Shown: piece after piece, positions 26,301 to 39,600 of the stretch | Layout of the letters: each line of letters opens with the position of its first letter | Numbering within the stretch: the first letter of the stretch is position 1 | Assembly: GCA_977030845.1 (NCBI GenBank) | Contig: OZ365113.1 | Span: 32,860,001-32,924,000 of the forward strand | Reading direction: 5' to 3' | DNA: 64,000 nt | Origin: Fimbriosthenelais zetlandica | Taxonomy: Eukaryota | Translations under genes and position numbers: made by a program | The notes under the pieces: generated by a model | Told to the model about the DNA's origin: nothing | Database searches by the model: none | What the model saw: only the letters and a program-made list of their open reading frames with translations

Positions 26301-29300
26301 AACCCTGAATTTTTACAGTACAAATTCCTTTGATGATCTTCTATCAAAATGTTGTCCAGAATCAAAACCCCTGCCTCCAAAATAATGAGAAAAACATTAA
26401 TTATATGTAGTAAGTGAGCAGGAATGTGACAGATACAAAAGAAAAACTCACCTCTGGCTTTACCCCGAGATGTGAATGAGGTAATTACCCGGTAAAAACC
26501 AGATGTGGAGTGTAGAGCACCATGATCGTACAGACAAGCCCCAAATGCCAACTACTACCATCCACCATTCTGTAATCATTACAGACCTGCTGTAATGGGT
26601 GGCCCACCCAACGTCAACCCCTCAAACCATAAACATTTCTCACATTCATTTTTCTTTCCCAGGAAATACAACCATAAGTAAGAGGAACAAACATGGAAAG
26701 CAAACAAATAAAGAATACCTTCTAATCCCCTGAAAAATAAGCCACAATCCTATTTTATTTTTCTGACAGCTTGGGAGCGATCCGGAAAGCATGTACATTG
26801 GATTGGCATGACAATGGGAGGGCTATTGTTGAGGGAGATTTGTGGCAGTTTAACCAGTGGCTGAACACACACGCACATTCAGCCAGACGAGACATTCATG
26901 TGTGTGGTCAAAGAGTTGAGGCAGAAGCAGGGAATTATGGTAGGACTGCTGCCAAGGCAAACATAGCCACAGCACAAGCGGGACCACCACAGAGCACTTT
27001 CCCCTTTACGTGGGTAAGATACGGCTTAACTCACGCCTCATTGCCTCCTAATGCCATGAAGAAGTTGTCAAAACAGACGGACAAAAGTAGCACAAAACAG
27101 GAAACATTCAAGCAACACTATACATGTAGCTAGGCCTATACAAAGTGGGGAATTTATACAAGTAATGTTCCTCTATACAAATCTGATTTATCTTGAATAA
27201 GAAGTACATTTATATATGCTCAAGGTAGTGAGGCAGGGGACCTCGGGAAATACAAATGCCGAAAATATATTATCTTTGCATTATCTTTGTCCGCCAAAAA
27301 TCTAAACCATTTTTGTCTATCAAATCCAGGGTATTTCCGGATAGAATATAGCAATCAAAATGATGCAATAATGGAGACATATGTGATAGATAATATGGGG
27401 AGATAGGCAGGAAGATGCTGATTTCTCACAGGTGGTCCTACACCATTAGCCTGCATTATAACCTTCTCTACCCATTCCTTGTGTTTAGTCAGGTGTGCTC
27501 TCAAGGTAGGGGGTACACAAAGCATACTTCTCTATACTACTGACCCAGCTCCAAGTCCCACTCTGAACCTCCTATATCTAGTAGAGGAAGTTGCTCAAAC
27601 CAATAGCTCAAACCAAGATCAAAAACACCTTCTTGTAGCCCAAAACCTTACTTTTAAATGATTTCTGTGGGAGAATTGAAACGTTTCGGGCATAAGGAAA
27701 CACTTTTGGGAAGTGTCCTGGGAACTCGTCCCTGCTCTCAGTGATCAGTTGCCAGGTTGAGACTGAGACTGTCACTTGATGGCAATTGAAAAACTCACCA
27801 TCTGATTGATTGGCGAAAAGCATTGAAGTTACGAGGTGAGGAAGCGCAAAATGGAGGAGCCTTGAGGGAGGAGGGCACTTAGTCATCTCCTGTCACTGTT
27901 TTACGACTCTCCTCTCCACCCATCAATCTAATTACACCCGCTAAAACAATCAGCACCGACACATCCTCATGCTGCTCCCGGACCCCACAACAATGGCCAT
28001 TCCTGACTTCCTCACCCAAATTCAATTTTCTTGCCTTGTTTGAGGGCTCCGTGTAGCACCTCTCAGTGGGGCAGTTTTAAGTGGTGCGTTTCTTATCCCT
28101 CTCTTAACTGGTAAAACATGTACTCAATGTTCCACTTTGTCTCATCTTTTGTCAAAGATTATGAATAAATGACACATGGAAGAAGGTAAAAACACTAATT
28201 TGTCATTATTTAGATTCATTGTGTTTTTTTAAGTGGAAGCATGGTGAAAGGAACCTAAAGTGTCTTGAATTGTATTAGCCTTCTAAAGATGCTTAATGGT
28301 AGAAACAACTCTGTAAATTATGTCAAATTTGTAAATTGAATAACAGAAATTCTAAATCTTCCAGAACATGTGTGTGATACTTTTTTGTAAGCCGGACTGA
28401 GATGGCTCTCAAGGAGCAGTCCAGGGATTTGCTTGTTGTGGAAAGAATAAGAAAAACATGACCGAGGAAGCATTCAAGGTTGACAGAAGAGATAAATGAA
28501 TATTTATCCACCATTAAGGGATTTACTGGTGGCTGTTTTTAGTGTAAGCTGAATTACTGAATTCCCCGTGCAATCCCAGGCTTTGTTGACAGGGTCCCCA
28601 TGACTCCAGATAACTTTATCATTTAAGGATTTGCTTCTCTTCTCTTGGCGCCTCAAAAAATGCTAATGGTGCGAAATTACTTTTTAAATATCCCACAGGG
28701 GATTAGCTCGGAAATTAAGTCATTACTTCCAAACATCTCAGAACTTTCAAAAGATTCTCATAAAAACGATGATTTAATTGTCGAAATATATCAATGCTAT
28801 TGGTTCAAAGGAACCAAATCAATGAAAGAAATCTTCAAAATGTTCACAAAGAATTTTTCAGCAAAAAAAATCGTACATAACATGACCTAACTAGAATTGA
28901 AATACTCTTAGAGCACATCCAATTAGTGTGGATATATATCTCAATCAAGTAAGACATTCCCTCAATTGAAGGCCAGGTGGGAGGGGCAGGGTTTGTATCT
29001 AGTTCAACCATGGGGGGACCGGGAGAAGTAGCAGCAGCTTGGGTATTGCATTTCACTGTGAACTCAAGTGATGATTCACAGCATGTATACACATTAGGGG
29101 CGGGTGGATTATTGAACGATAAGCCGATAAAGAACTTCACAAGCCCGTCCTTTGATTACACAATATTGGATGACAACCATTGAAAACAATGCACCTCCAT
29201 TTTTCATCGCATCTCACCCCAAAACCCACTTTCATTCTCACGACCCTTCACAAACACACACACCCAACCTACACCAGAACCCTTCATGGAACCCCAACCT

Positions 29301-29718
29301 CCACCCCCTTTCATTGAGGGCTCATTATGGAAAATCGCTGGATAAACAGAAAATTGGGTAAACAGGGGATAATATGTGATTACAATTAATACAACAATGG
29401 CCGAAAAAAATATTCAATACAAGAGGGAGACTAAATCGATGACATGTATCTATTTTAGAAATGAACAAAAGGGAGATTTAGGGAGCTATATTTTGACAAC
29501 AAAGTGGTTATTGTTGTCTCCCAAGCAAAACAGTAGCTTTAATTTTGGCAGGTATTGTCCATTTAATCTCTTTTCTTATTGAATTTGAAGCTTGGGTTTT
29601 AAATTGGGTTTAAGGAAGAGGAGGCATGAAGGGGTTGAGGGATGGATGTAGAGCTAATTACACACAGATGCTGGTCATCAGTGATTGAACTAATTCATTA
29701 TGTTAATGATTCCCTTAC

Positions 29719-30113
29719 CATTCGTCCTCCAGGCTTTCACATTCCAGCCTCCCGTCCAGCACCTCTGACTCAGCTGAGGAGGGGATGTGGATTTCCTTCA
29801 GTAAATTTGAAGAATTCAAGTGTCTGTGTAACAATATTCCTCTTCCATGATATTCATTATCTGGTTCCGTTTGGCACGAGACATTCTTATCACAAATTAG
29901 ATTTTCACATAAATCAGGCGTGTTTCCTCCACTGTCCACCTGTCCTCTATTGCTAGGAATATGTTTAGAGTAATCACACACAAGCCTTTCATCTATTTCC
30001 TGGTAAATATGTTTTTCTGAGTCCGACTCAAACTTTTGAAGTTTCTCCACGCCGTCAAGCCCCCGGAGCTTGGACTCGTCAATTTTGTACATGTTAACAT
30101 CCAGGACAGACAT
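29719..30113 (-). CDS. prickle: candidate alternative N-terminal coding exon of prickle (131 aa + 2 nt)
   Basis: Open frame from ATG at 30113 (context ttcaaaATG) to GAA TG|GTAAGG at 29718. The 395 nt end in phase 2, exactly what the acceptor at 16083 needs, giving ...LECESLEDEW|KICRHCKC. It is one of the longest ORFs in the window, has natural protein composition, and its stop lies immediately inside a donor consensus. No transcript evidence is available. Confidence 0.7.
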
Positions 30114-30340
30114 TTTGAATAATAAAGATTCAAAATTTACCAGAGAAATAATATTCACTTCAACACTTCACTAAATTCCAACAATTCACTAAAGTATTCT
30201 TAAGTTGGTCCAGTCCATTGTGAAGCCTAATAGTGTACTCCCTTGGTATTCAAACGTATTCCAAGTTCTCCAGTTCCTAGAGCCAGCTCAAGTGTTCAAC
30301 TAAGATGATGTTAAAGAGTTTTAAATGTTTCATCGCCACT

Positions 30341-30356
30341 ACATTTCCGGGAATGT
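30341..30356. promoter_or_regulatory. STAT-type palindrome (TTCCGGGAA) upstream of the candidate alternative exon
   Basis: ACATTTCCGGGAATGT, a near-perfect 16-nt palindrome containing TTCN3GAA, about 230 nt 5' of the ATG at 30113 on the minus strand. Confidence 0.35.
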
Positions 30357-33300
30357 CAAACACGATGTGTATTGGTGGGGAGGATGGATGGGGTAAGGCG
30401 GTATAGACAGTAGTCCTCCCCTACCCGGGAGTCTTCACTTACTGACTGACAAAGGGACACTGAACAGACATTCTGTGAACTTCCCCTCACTGTCTGTCAA
30501 AAAATAACAACAACACCAACTCCCCACGAAAGGTCGCCATAGTAACTATGACACCAAAGTCCAAGGGATGGAGGGGTGGGGGGTGGGGGGGGGTATATCC
30601 TTGAGGAGTGACCAATGAGTATGGCTATACGGGTTAGGTCCTGCTTCTCACTCACTCCCCCTTCACATCTGGATCTGTCCACATCAAAGGTGGCTGAGCG
30701 TTGGTGGGAACTTCCCCTGGAGTTTGGCGGCCTCCTAGAGGAAAGGGGTCAGGAGGTTCCAGACCAGACCCATATGTCCACCTACCGTATTTCTTAACTT
30801 ACAGGCTCGGCTACTTTATTCCAAATGCTTAAATACCTGAGGTTTCCCAGGAGGTAAATGATGCGGTAAAAGTTGCCAAGATTATAGGGAAATAGCCATA
30901 ATGTCTAACTGAAGATTAATTACTTTACTGTCTTTGTAAGTAGATTATCCACCCTCAACATCTGGGCCGCATCTATTGACAAAGAGGTACTATAAAGGCA
31001 TGACTTATTAACTTTTACTGTTCTTGGTGTAACGTCCATATATAATAGTGCGATGGTTATCAGTGTTTCAGTGAAGCACGCTGGGTCATTCCAAAATTCC
31101 ACTTTAACTTTAACTAATTAAGTTATGACGTCACAGGCTTATCCGAGCTTTTCCGGTTGGCTTGAATGAACACAAACGCATCCTTTAGTAGCAATGAGAC
31201 AGATGTAACCAGGTAAATGACCACTCCATTAGCGACGGTCAGATTACTTAAACTTCAAATAGACAGCACTCCTTAGTAGGAACCCCCAGTGGGGATCTGA
31301 AGTCTGCGGGTGGGGTATATTTGGTTTGGTGACATTGTTTGTGGGTTTATGGTAGTAGGCCTGGAGGTACTGGAGTGGTCCAGCAGAGGGCCAGTATCAA
31401 CACATAGACTGGATCCAATTATCCTGTTCACTGATCCAATAGGTGAGAGGGCAGGGGGTGATGATCATCTCTTGATACTTCATGGATCCGCTCCATCCTC
31501 TCCTCCCGTCAACTTCACTTAGATACAAACTCGTGTAGAATACAAGTTACCAAGGATAATTGATGCTTCAGATCCGAGAAGACCGGCCTATACTATCAGT
31601 ATGATTTTATATTAGGATCTATTGAGAGAGACATGTGGTTTATGCATGACTTCCTGTCGACTCTCTCTGTCAATCATCTCCCATCATTTGAGATGCAATC
31701 TGAACCACGACATGAAAGTCAAGTTGTATTATATTTCTCCCATGTCTCAAATGGTATAATTCTAGTAAATTTAGGATCATATGGGGACCTGTGATGGCAT
31801 TATTACAAGCATGTTATATTTTCTGTGGTTAGAATATAAACAGCAGACATTGGTATCTGGTTGGTGGTCCTATCAGTGATGTGGTTGGTATAGAATGTCA
31901 ACTATTCTGAATATGACCAGATCGCCATCCCAGACACGGCTATTACCACCACAGAGATCCAATTAAACTTGTTTCAAAACAGAAGCGATACAAACATGAC
32001 GGGACACTTCTCGGAATGCACACAATACCAGACAAAGTGGGACTCGTTGCGATGGTTTTAAAAAAATGTCAGATTTGAGTGGAAATAAAAATAAACACGT
32101 GAGAGTGATATCATTTTGATGGATGTACGGGTGATAGCCCGAGAAAAACCACACATCCAAAGGCCTGAGGTCCTATAGGTAGAACCACTCCCTCCCCATC
32201 ACTCTATAGCGCGGGTGGTCCCAGTCAGGCTGAGGGGGGATTCCAAGGCAATTCTCTTCAGGCAAGTTCACAATTTCATAAGAAAAATCCATCATAAAAT
32301 GTTCCGAAGCAGATTTTTCTCCTGGTTGATTCCAGATGGTAAATAGTATTAAAAAAGCTCAGAGTTAAGTGTTATTTCATAGTAAAAGACTATAAGAATG
32401 GATCAAGTATGGTGATGATAGGTGTGTAATATGTCAAGATTGTACAGTGAACAGAGTGGCTACATCTGACATATTGTTTGTCATGTTATTGTGTTCAAGT
32501 CACAACAGACCTATAGTCCGGCAACAACTAAACTGTCATCAGGTCCGGCAGAGACAGACCACAGGTCACTCACCCCTCCCAGGCACTCCCTGCCTTTATT
32601 TCAGCAGAGGCTTCCTCCCGCTCAGTCAAAACTTCTCAATGTAAGAATCTATCAGGGAGCGAGATGTATGGGTGTAGTGGATACCACTCTGGAACTGCCA
32701 ACAAGGAGATAAGACAACTGTCTTATCAGTCCAAGCTTAAGCAATATAAATGATCACTGGGCATTCTTCACAAGATTCCTTATTGTATTATCTCCTGTTG
32801 GTGTTGACATAAGAAACATTGAGGCATACTGCTGACAATGTATCAAGCTGTGGATGATGGCACCTCAGAGAACCAAGGCAGGCTGCCTCATCCAATCATC
32901 TGCTCAAGTTTGTCTCAATATTCCTTAAAGGCCCTTGTATTAGGATGAAAAAGTCCTCCAGTTCTGTGTTGGATGAAGTAATTTCAACACACCCGTCTCT
33001 ATCATACCCTTGGGGACATAAATCCCTTCTTCCAAGCCCAGATATAGCTGGGACACGTGGCTAAATGTCCCTCCTGGGTGCCTTTTCCAATCAATCCAAG
33101 TCCAAACACGGGCCATGCCATGTTGAACAGGCTCCAAGAGAGGTCCAGCCTCAACATACGTCAGTCAGTTTTAAATCTCAGGGTGATCTGGCTTCTAGAA
33201 GAGCAACACATTTCCCCAAATATCTGCGCGCTATTTGGAAGCTCATAACTCCCAATTCCCAAGTTGCTCCTATTCGTTTCTGCAAATGGTAAGTTTCAAG

Positions 33301-36300
33301 TAAGCAAGGGCTATAGAGCAATCAGGATTATTTGAGTTTGATTGCAGGAAAGTCAAATAAATACATCCCATCTGGCACGTTATCAGAACAAACTTTATGG
33401 GCCCCTATGGAAAGTGCATCTTGGTGTATAGAATCCCTAGGGGGACTGCGGTGCGATATGAAGTAGATTGGGATATGTTAAAGGTTTATTGAATATTCAA
33501 AAGTTAATCCTTTAGAGCAATCGACTTCTAGAGTCTCTCAAATAAATAAATTTGTAAAACCAACCAATACAGGATTAACAGACACAAGTATATTATAGGC
33601 ATATATTCTGCTCGGTGGGTGGTAGCTGATATATGGGTATGTAGCAGCCATTATTTATATATCTGCACTATACGCATTCAATAAGACTTCTAGTGCCAGC
33701 TGGCTGAACAGTTCTGCTTGTCTGGCTCCAAGTATCTGACCAATTTCTGTCTCTCTTTCATAGAAGTAAAATGTGGATAAATATATACATAACCATGCCA
33801 CTGTTCACTGACCAGAGCTGACCCGGCTATACATATTGTCTGTGTAAATCACAATGGTTAGCGAACAAGAACTTTCTTCATTCTTTTCTTCTGAAGAAAA
33901 GTTCTAGAGACAGTTATATTATGTTGCTTCAGAACGAACGACCAAAGGTCCTATTAAAATTTAAAGGGATGAATAAAGTTTTTCAGAGAGGGAATTCCAT
34001 CTCCGAAGAATGCTTAAATATACTAATAAATCTGATTGAAATCATCCCATATCAGAGGATCAAATATTTGTCGGGACTATTTGAACTGGCAGACATAAAT
34101 AAGCCCACAGATTATCAAATAATCATTCCTTACAGTATATCTCAACATGAAGTAACCTATGAAGCCATCAACCTTTGGGTTTCCCCCAAAGAAATTCCAC
34201 TGTAATATTGCTCTAGAGTTTAACATGCAAAACATATGTATCATATGACCGCTGGGCCTCCAGTGCAGTCAGATAATCTACAGATCTCTATCAATCATCG
34301 CAAAGAGCATGCCCTCAAATCAGGGAGATATTTGTTTGATAAATCATGAGTGAACTCTGGAGCATATCATTTCTGTGACTTGTAGTTAATAGTAAGAGAA
34401 GGGTTGGTCAGGGACTTATATAGGGTCATGAGGGGTGAGGGTGGGGTTGACAAGCACCGGTGATCAGGAGGGTGGGGGGGGGGGGGGGGGGGGTAGGGAG
34501 TTAGCACTGATAGACTCATAAATGTCACATATATACATGCACCTCCCCATTCATTGCACGTGTAAAGGCGCGGTGCTAACCATTGATCAGTCACCGACCA
34601 CGAGGGCAGGCGGCTCCTCACCCAAAGCTTCACCCCCACAGAGATATATACACCAGAGGAATTTACTATTCATATAAAACTGCTCCTGGTTATTGATATT
34701 AACACAAGTTTGAAATAACTCTCGTAAATAAATTCAGAAGGAGGATGGCAGTGGTATACCTTGATCTAAAGCGGTTACTCGCAAAATTGTAGAACATTCA
34801 ATTGGTCGGCCAGTGCCAATGGCAAATGTAGATTTCTAATTTCTGAATTTTAGAGACATAAATATTCATATAAGATATTTTAGTCTCTGGGCTCGTACTA
34901 TACTGGTAGTGGCCCAGTTGATTGATGTAACTTATGCCAGACATTAAATAGCAAGTATAGCAGCTTCGGTTTCCTTAATCTGACCTCACAAAAAAGCGTC
35001 AGAATATTTCCGTCAATAGCTCATTATACGGCCCTTTCGGGGCCTAAAACCACACTAATTTCCTCACACGGTTCCTGGTAAAACCATCTAAAGACTGGGA
35101 TCTGCCCCCAACAGCCCAAAGGATTCAAAGAAGCCAATAAATGGATCCCATCCCTTCTCGGCCAACCACAGGCATTAGATAAGAATGCCTGCAATAAGAG
35201 CTGGTCATCAATATGTAATAAGGGCTTATCAGGGGCTGGTGGGGATCTATACGTCCCTCAGCTGAGATCACTCACAGCTTCTCATCCCGGCCGGCCAGCT
35301 GAGGCCTGCTTTATAAGGGAACAGCCCGCGGCCAAATAAAGGAAGATTATGATCAGGGAAACAATGCATGAGATCACTGACTTAACCCATCCATATATCG
35401 ACTCATGCGCAGGAATAAGCATCTAAAAAGTTAAATTTGTGTGTGAAGAAATATTCCAGATATTTTTTAAAACTCAACATCACTATTTTCTTGGCCTATG
35501 GAGGCTGACTGGCCATGGTTGGGTCTATCTGTGATCTATGATCCATGCACGTTGTCGGGATGGCTTTAAACTAGTGGAAACCCATCCCACCACTCTTCTT
35601 CAGATCTCTTCCCCCTTCTCCCCTCACACTGCCTCCACCTATCTGTCTCAAGCTTTCTCCTTGTGTGAACAATTACCCAACCGGTTGTATTCTGAGGCCA
35701 TTCAGCGTTATCAATTCTCCGAGGGTAACCTCTATATCTCTGCCCTGGTTCCACAGGGAACTTCCTCTCAGAAGTAGTCAGTTCCACCAGTAACTTTTCC
35801 TCACATCAAGTCGGCTCACGGTCAGTGTATGGACCGGACTTGACTTCCACCTGGGATTTAAGTAATTGATCTCTGGGTCTATCACACTTGTTTTTACTCC
35901 TCACATGATAAACCTAAAGTGATAAACTTCGGGTTTATCAATCAGTGATAAACTTTCAATTTGGATGTACAACCTAATTTAGATCTCTTGGAGAAATACA
36001 TTGCAATCAAAACCCATGGCATGACAAATCTAAGAATTTACAAACCTAATTAAAATAGAAAGTTCAAAGCTCTAAAATCCTATATAATGTGAAGATGTAT
36101 CCATATATGATTTTTTTTCTGGGATATAATAGAATCCGGGCTCATTGTAGTCTTTCTCCATACAAGGTTATCAAGGATCCAATAGGCAGCAATCCATCAG
36201 AGTTATCACTTGTACAAGTCCACAGAGAGCTCCTTCACCAACTGCCTCTCTTGTCCTCACTCTCCGGAGGCCAGGAAAAGTCCCATACAGCCAGAGTGTA

Positions 36301-36560
36301 TGGCGTCCCAATAGCTCAATGAGAGGAAGGAAAGGAGCTGCTCTTCCTCACAATGGGATCCAGTGAGGAGCAACTCAAGGCCAGCAATGAGTGAGCAATC
36401 ACCATCATACACTCGTCTAAGGCCATGAGTTTGGTAGCAATGGTCGTGGGGCTTGCTTGCCTGCTGGGGCTGCTATAGGACAATTGTCTGGTGACTGAAG
36501 CAAGCTGCAGAAAGCAGTGGTCGCCTCTCTGATGATGACAGGTTATGGGGATCTCGTGAG

Positions 36561-36612
36561 AGAGTGGTGTTGGTGGTGGTAGTGGTGGTGGTAGAGGGGG
36601 GTGGTGGGTGGT
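36561..36612. repeat. degenerate (GGT)n microsatellite
   Basis: agtggtgttggtggtggtagtggtggtggtagaggggggtggtgggtggt. Confidence 0.8.
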
Positions 36613-39600
36613 ACTGGGACTCTGTTGTATGAAGGCAGATGTCTGTGGGTACCAACTGGGCCCTATTCAAAGAGGGGAATTGAAGTGGTAAGAGGGACTT
36701 TAACCCCCCAGCTGATTTCAATGAATAGGAGTTTTCACACTGCAGTGTCTGTGACGGGTCTATGGAATTGAGCACAGCAGTATTTCATGTAATGGACTTC
36801 ACGCTGGACAGCTGCACTTGTACTGGTCACTATTCCAACTACCTAATGCACAAATTGTCAATATTTAAGCGAGAAATCAATGAATTAAATATTGAAACAA
36901 ACTGTATTTATTTAATGTCCAAACATTATATTTGAACACATTTCCAATAAAAAGATCACAGAAACCGAGCCGTATATTAAATCCTATAGACAAAATCAGT
37001 ACCTGTACCCGAGAACATAAGAGTGGGTAACTGGTACCATTTCTCATCAGATAACCAACACCAGTGGTGAAGAAGATCCAACACCCAGATACTATAAACC
37101 TGATCTGAGGGAGTCCCCCATCTGGATCTTACTACCTTTGATGCAGGTAGACAGGTAGAGGGCGCGGACAGTCCGGCAATGTGCATCTTCTCCTCCCATC
37201 CATCCCACAACACTTTTTTTTTGCCTCACCTGGGCCTGCTCCCCATTAGTGTGCCAGTTAGGCGAGCAAAAAAGAAACATTGTGTTGATCTGCGCCTACC
37301 AGAATCCATTCCATTCATACCTCAAATGTCCTTACCTATTTTGACTGAAAAGTACCCTTACCACTTATGGACGTTGGATCGTATAAAGACCAATTATTGG
37401 ACATAAGATCCGAACTAACTTGACAAAATGTCTGAAGATATAACTAACATTCTTCATGTTACTTTTTGTGTTTCCGGAACACGACCATGTTAATTTCCTC
37501 GGCCTTTTTCTACAGAGATAACTCTTCGGGGGCTCTTCACTCTTGGCATTTTTACTGGCAGAGACAAATCAGACTCCAACCGTCTCCACGCCCTCGGCTG
37601 TCGATCAGAATTAGACCTACACAAACCAAGACCACTTGTAGCCGGAGAATGAGACGACATACAAGGAATTGAGCTCTTTTTATCATTCAATTGAGCCGAG
37701 GTGAATACAATACTGAAGAAAGGATCCATGTTATTCTAAATGGAAGATGGATGGTGTTCACCCACAATCTATATCAAATCCTCAAATATATTTCTCAGCC
37801 AATGACGGAAATTCTTTTGAACTCTTTTCTTTCACTGAATGTATGAGATTATTTTCACAACAGGCCCAGACGTAATGCCAGTTCTCCAAGAGATGAATCC
37901 AGGTCAACGGTGAGAATTCTTATTCTGTGTCAGTAGGCCTATGTTAGTCAAAAACTGGAAAGTAAACTCTTTCTGTCGTGAGTATGTACGTGGTAATTAC
38001 TATGTTTTACACCTAGGTAAAAATAGGACAAGTGTAAAAGGTATTCAACCGTCCAACATTCTTCTAAGCAACACATGGAATTCAAAATATATAGAAATAC
38101 TCGTCTGAAGTTTTGACTTCACTTCTAGCCAACTAGTAATAGGGCATCACAACATAGTAGTGTAACCCAGAAAAGAAAGAAAATCTATTCGAGGTTTATT
38201 TATGTACTTCATTATAAGGATGAAACCCTCCAAAGAACATAAAAAAACCTTACAAATGAATTCCTTCCTACTTTTTCCATCCACAGAAGTATCCCTCCCT
38301 GTGATCAATATTTCAATTTTCATCGTTTTTATTTGTCCTTGTGGGGTGCTTTTGGGCTGCCCTCTCCATAAGACTTGCGCAGTTTATGTAAATGAGAAAC
38401 ATTGAAGCCAATGGGCATGCATATCAAATAAGGAGGCTTCAAATAAAACGTCCAATTGTCTCATGTAACCTGATACATTGCAGAGCTCTAGGCCGAGTCC
38501 GGCAGGAGAGGCGAGCATGCATTGATGAATTTTTCTTTTTATGATTATTTCCACCCCCATGTTCTGTAGAAGATGACTTGGCTTTTTGGGGTGGTGAGGG
38601 CTTGGGAACTTTAGTCCTGCGTTTGACAAGTGAATGGTGGACAAACATTGCTCAGCTGAGTGGCTGGGGACGGGGCGGGGGTAATTGATCAAGGCAGAAA
38701 GGACAACAATGGGCATTAGGATCCAGATACATCTACCTCACTCTTACAGGCCAGCCTTTCATGTTTTATACCTCAATCTTCTCACAATGTTCACCCCCCA
38801 TGTGTGTTACACACTCCAAGATAAAAGTCCACCATTTGCCTTGATGACAAGCCACAAAAAAATATCAATTTGATTTATAGACCTAAAGGCCACCTAGGGA
38901 ATGGATGTTATTGTCGATTAAGATGTAAAAGAAGTAGGGGCTTGCTGTTCTCACGAGACCCATGTCCATTGTCTCAGGGGAGGAGTTGGGGAGAAGATAA
39001 AAATGGCCAAAAGCTTTTGGGTCTTTTGGGTGGTCAGAGATGAGATTTGGGGAGGTCAGAGACAAAGTGGCGACTGGTGATGACCTGATGAGTGGACTAT
39101 GGCAGGCCTGGGATCATGAGGCGTACAGCATAATGGTGAGTGGAGATGAGTAAATACCATTAGTAGAAGACAGGGGCTGAGGCCTGACATTATACACACT
39201 GTTAACACTTAGTGCATTGTATTCATCAATCATCTCTTGACCAGAAACACTCTTGATCTTCACGAAAAATCTTGGTGCCAGAACAGGGCTTAGATCCCTA
39301 CCTAATATCCATAATTCAATCTCAAGTGCAACTTCTAAATCAATTTAATTACATACACATATTATGTACAAGTCAATCCGAAGATTTATACAATGGCCTC
39401 CAACAATGGATACGCATGCAATGGAATATGCTCACAATATGAGAGTCATGCTTACAAATTAACGACCACTGAGGGACTGGTAGTAAAATCCTTCCCCAGT
39501 GTCATGACAACGGCAAAACACATCCCTACACACTATCATTACCATGGTAATCAGGGATCAAACCTCCTGTTGGCACTTCAAGATTGTCCCCCATCTCAGA

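Noticed and set aside
32670-32720. tRNA A-box-like ggtgtagtggatacc
   Set aside because: No B box or cloverleaf downstream; neither a tRNA nor a clear SINE head.
37328-37352. TAG|GTAAGG on the minus strand
   Set aside because: No pyrimidine tract directly before the AG, and a competing AG 9 nt upstream.
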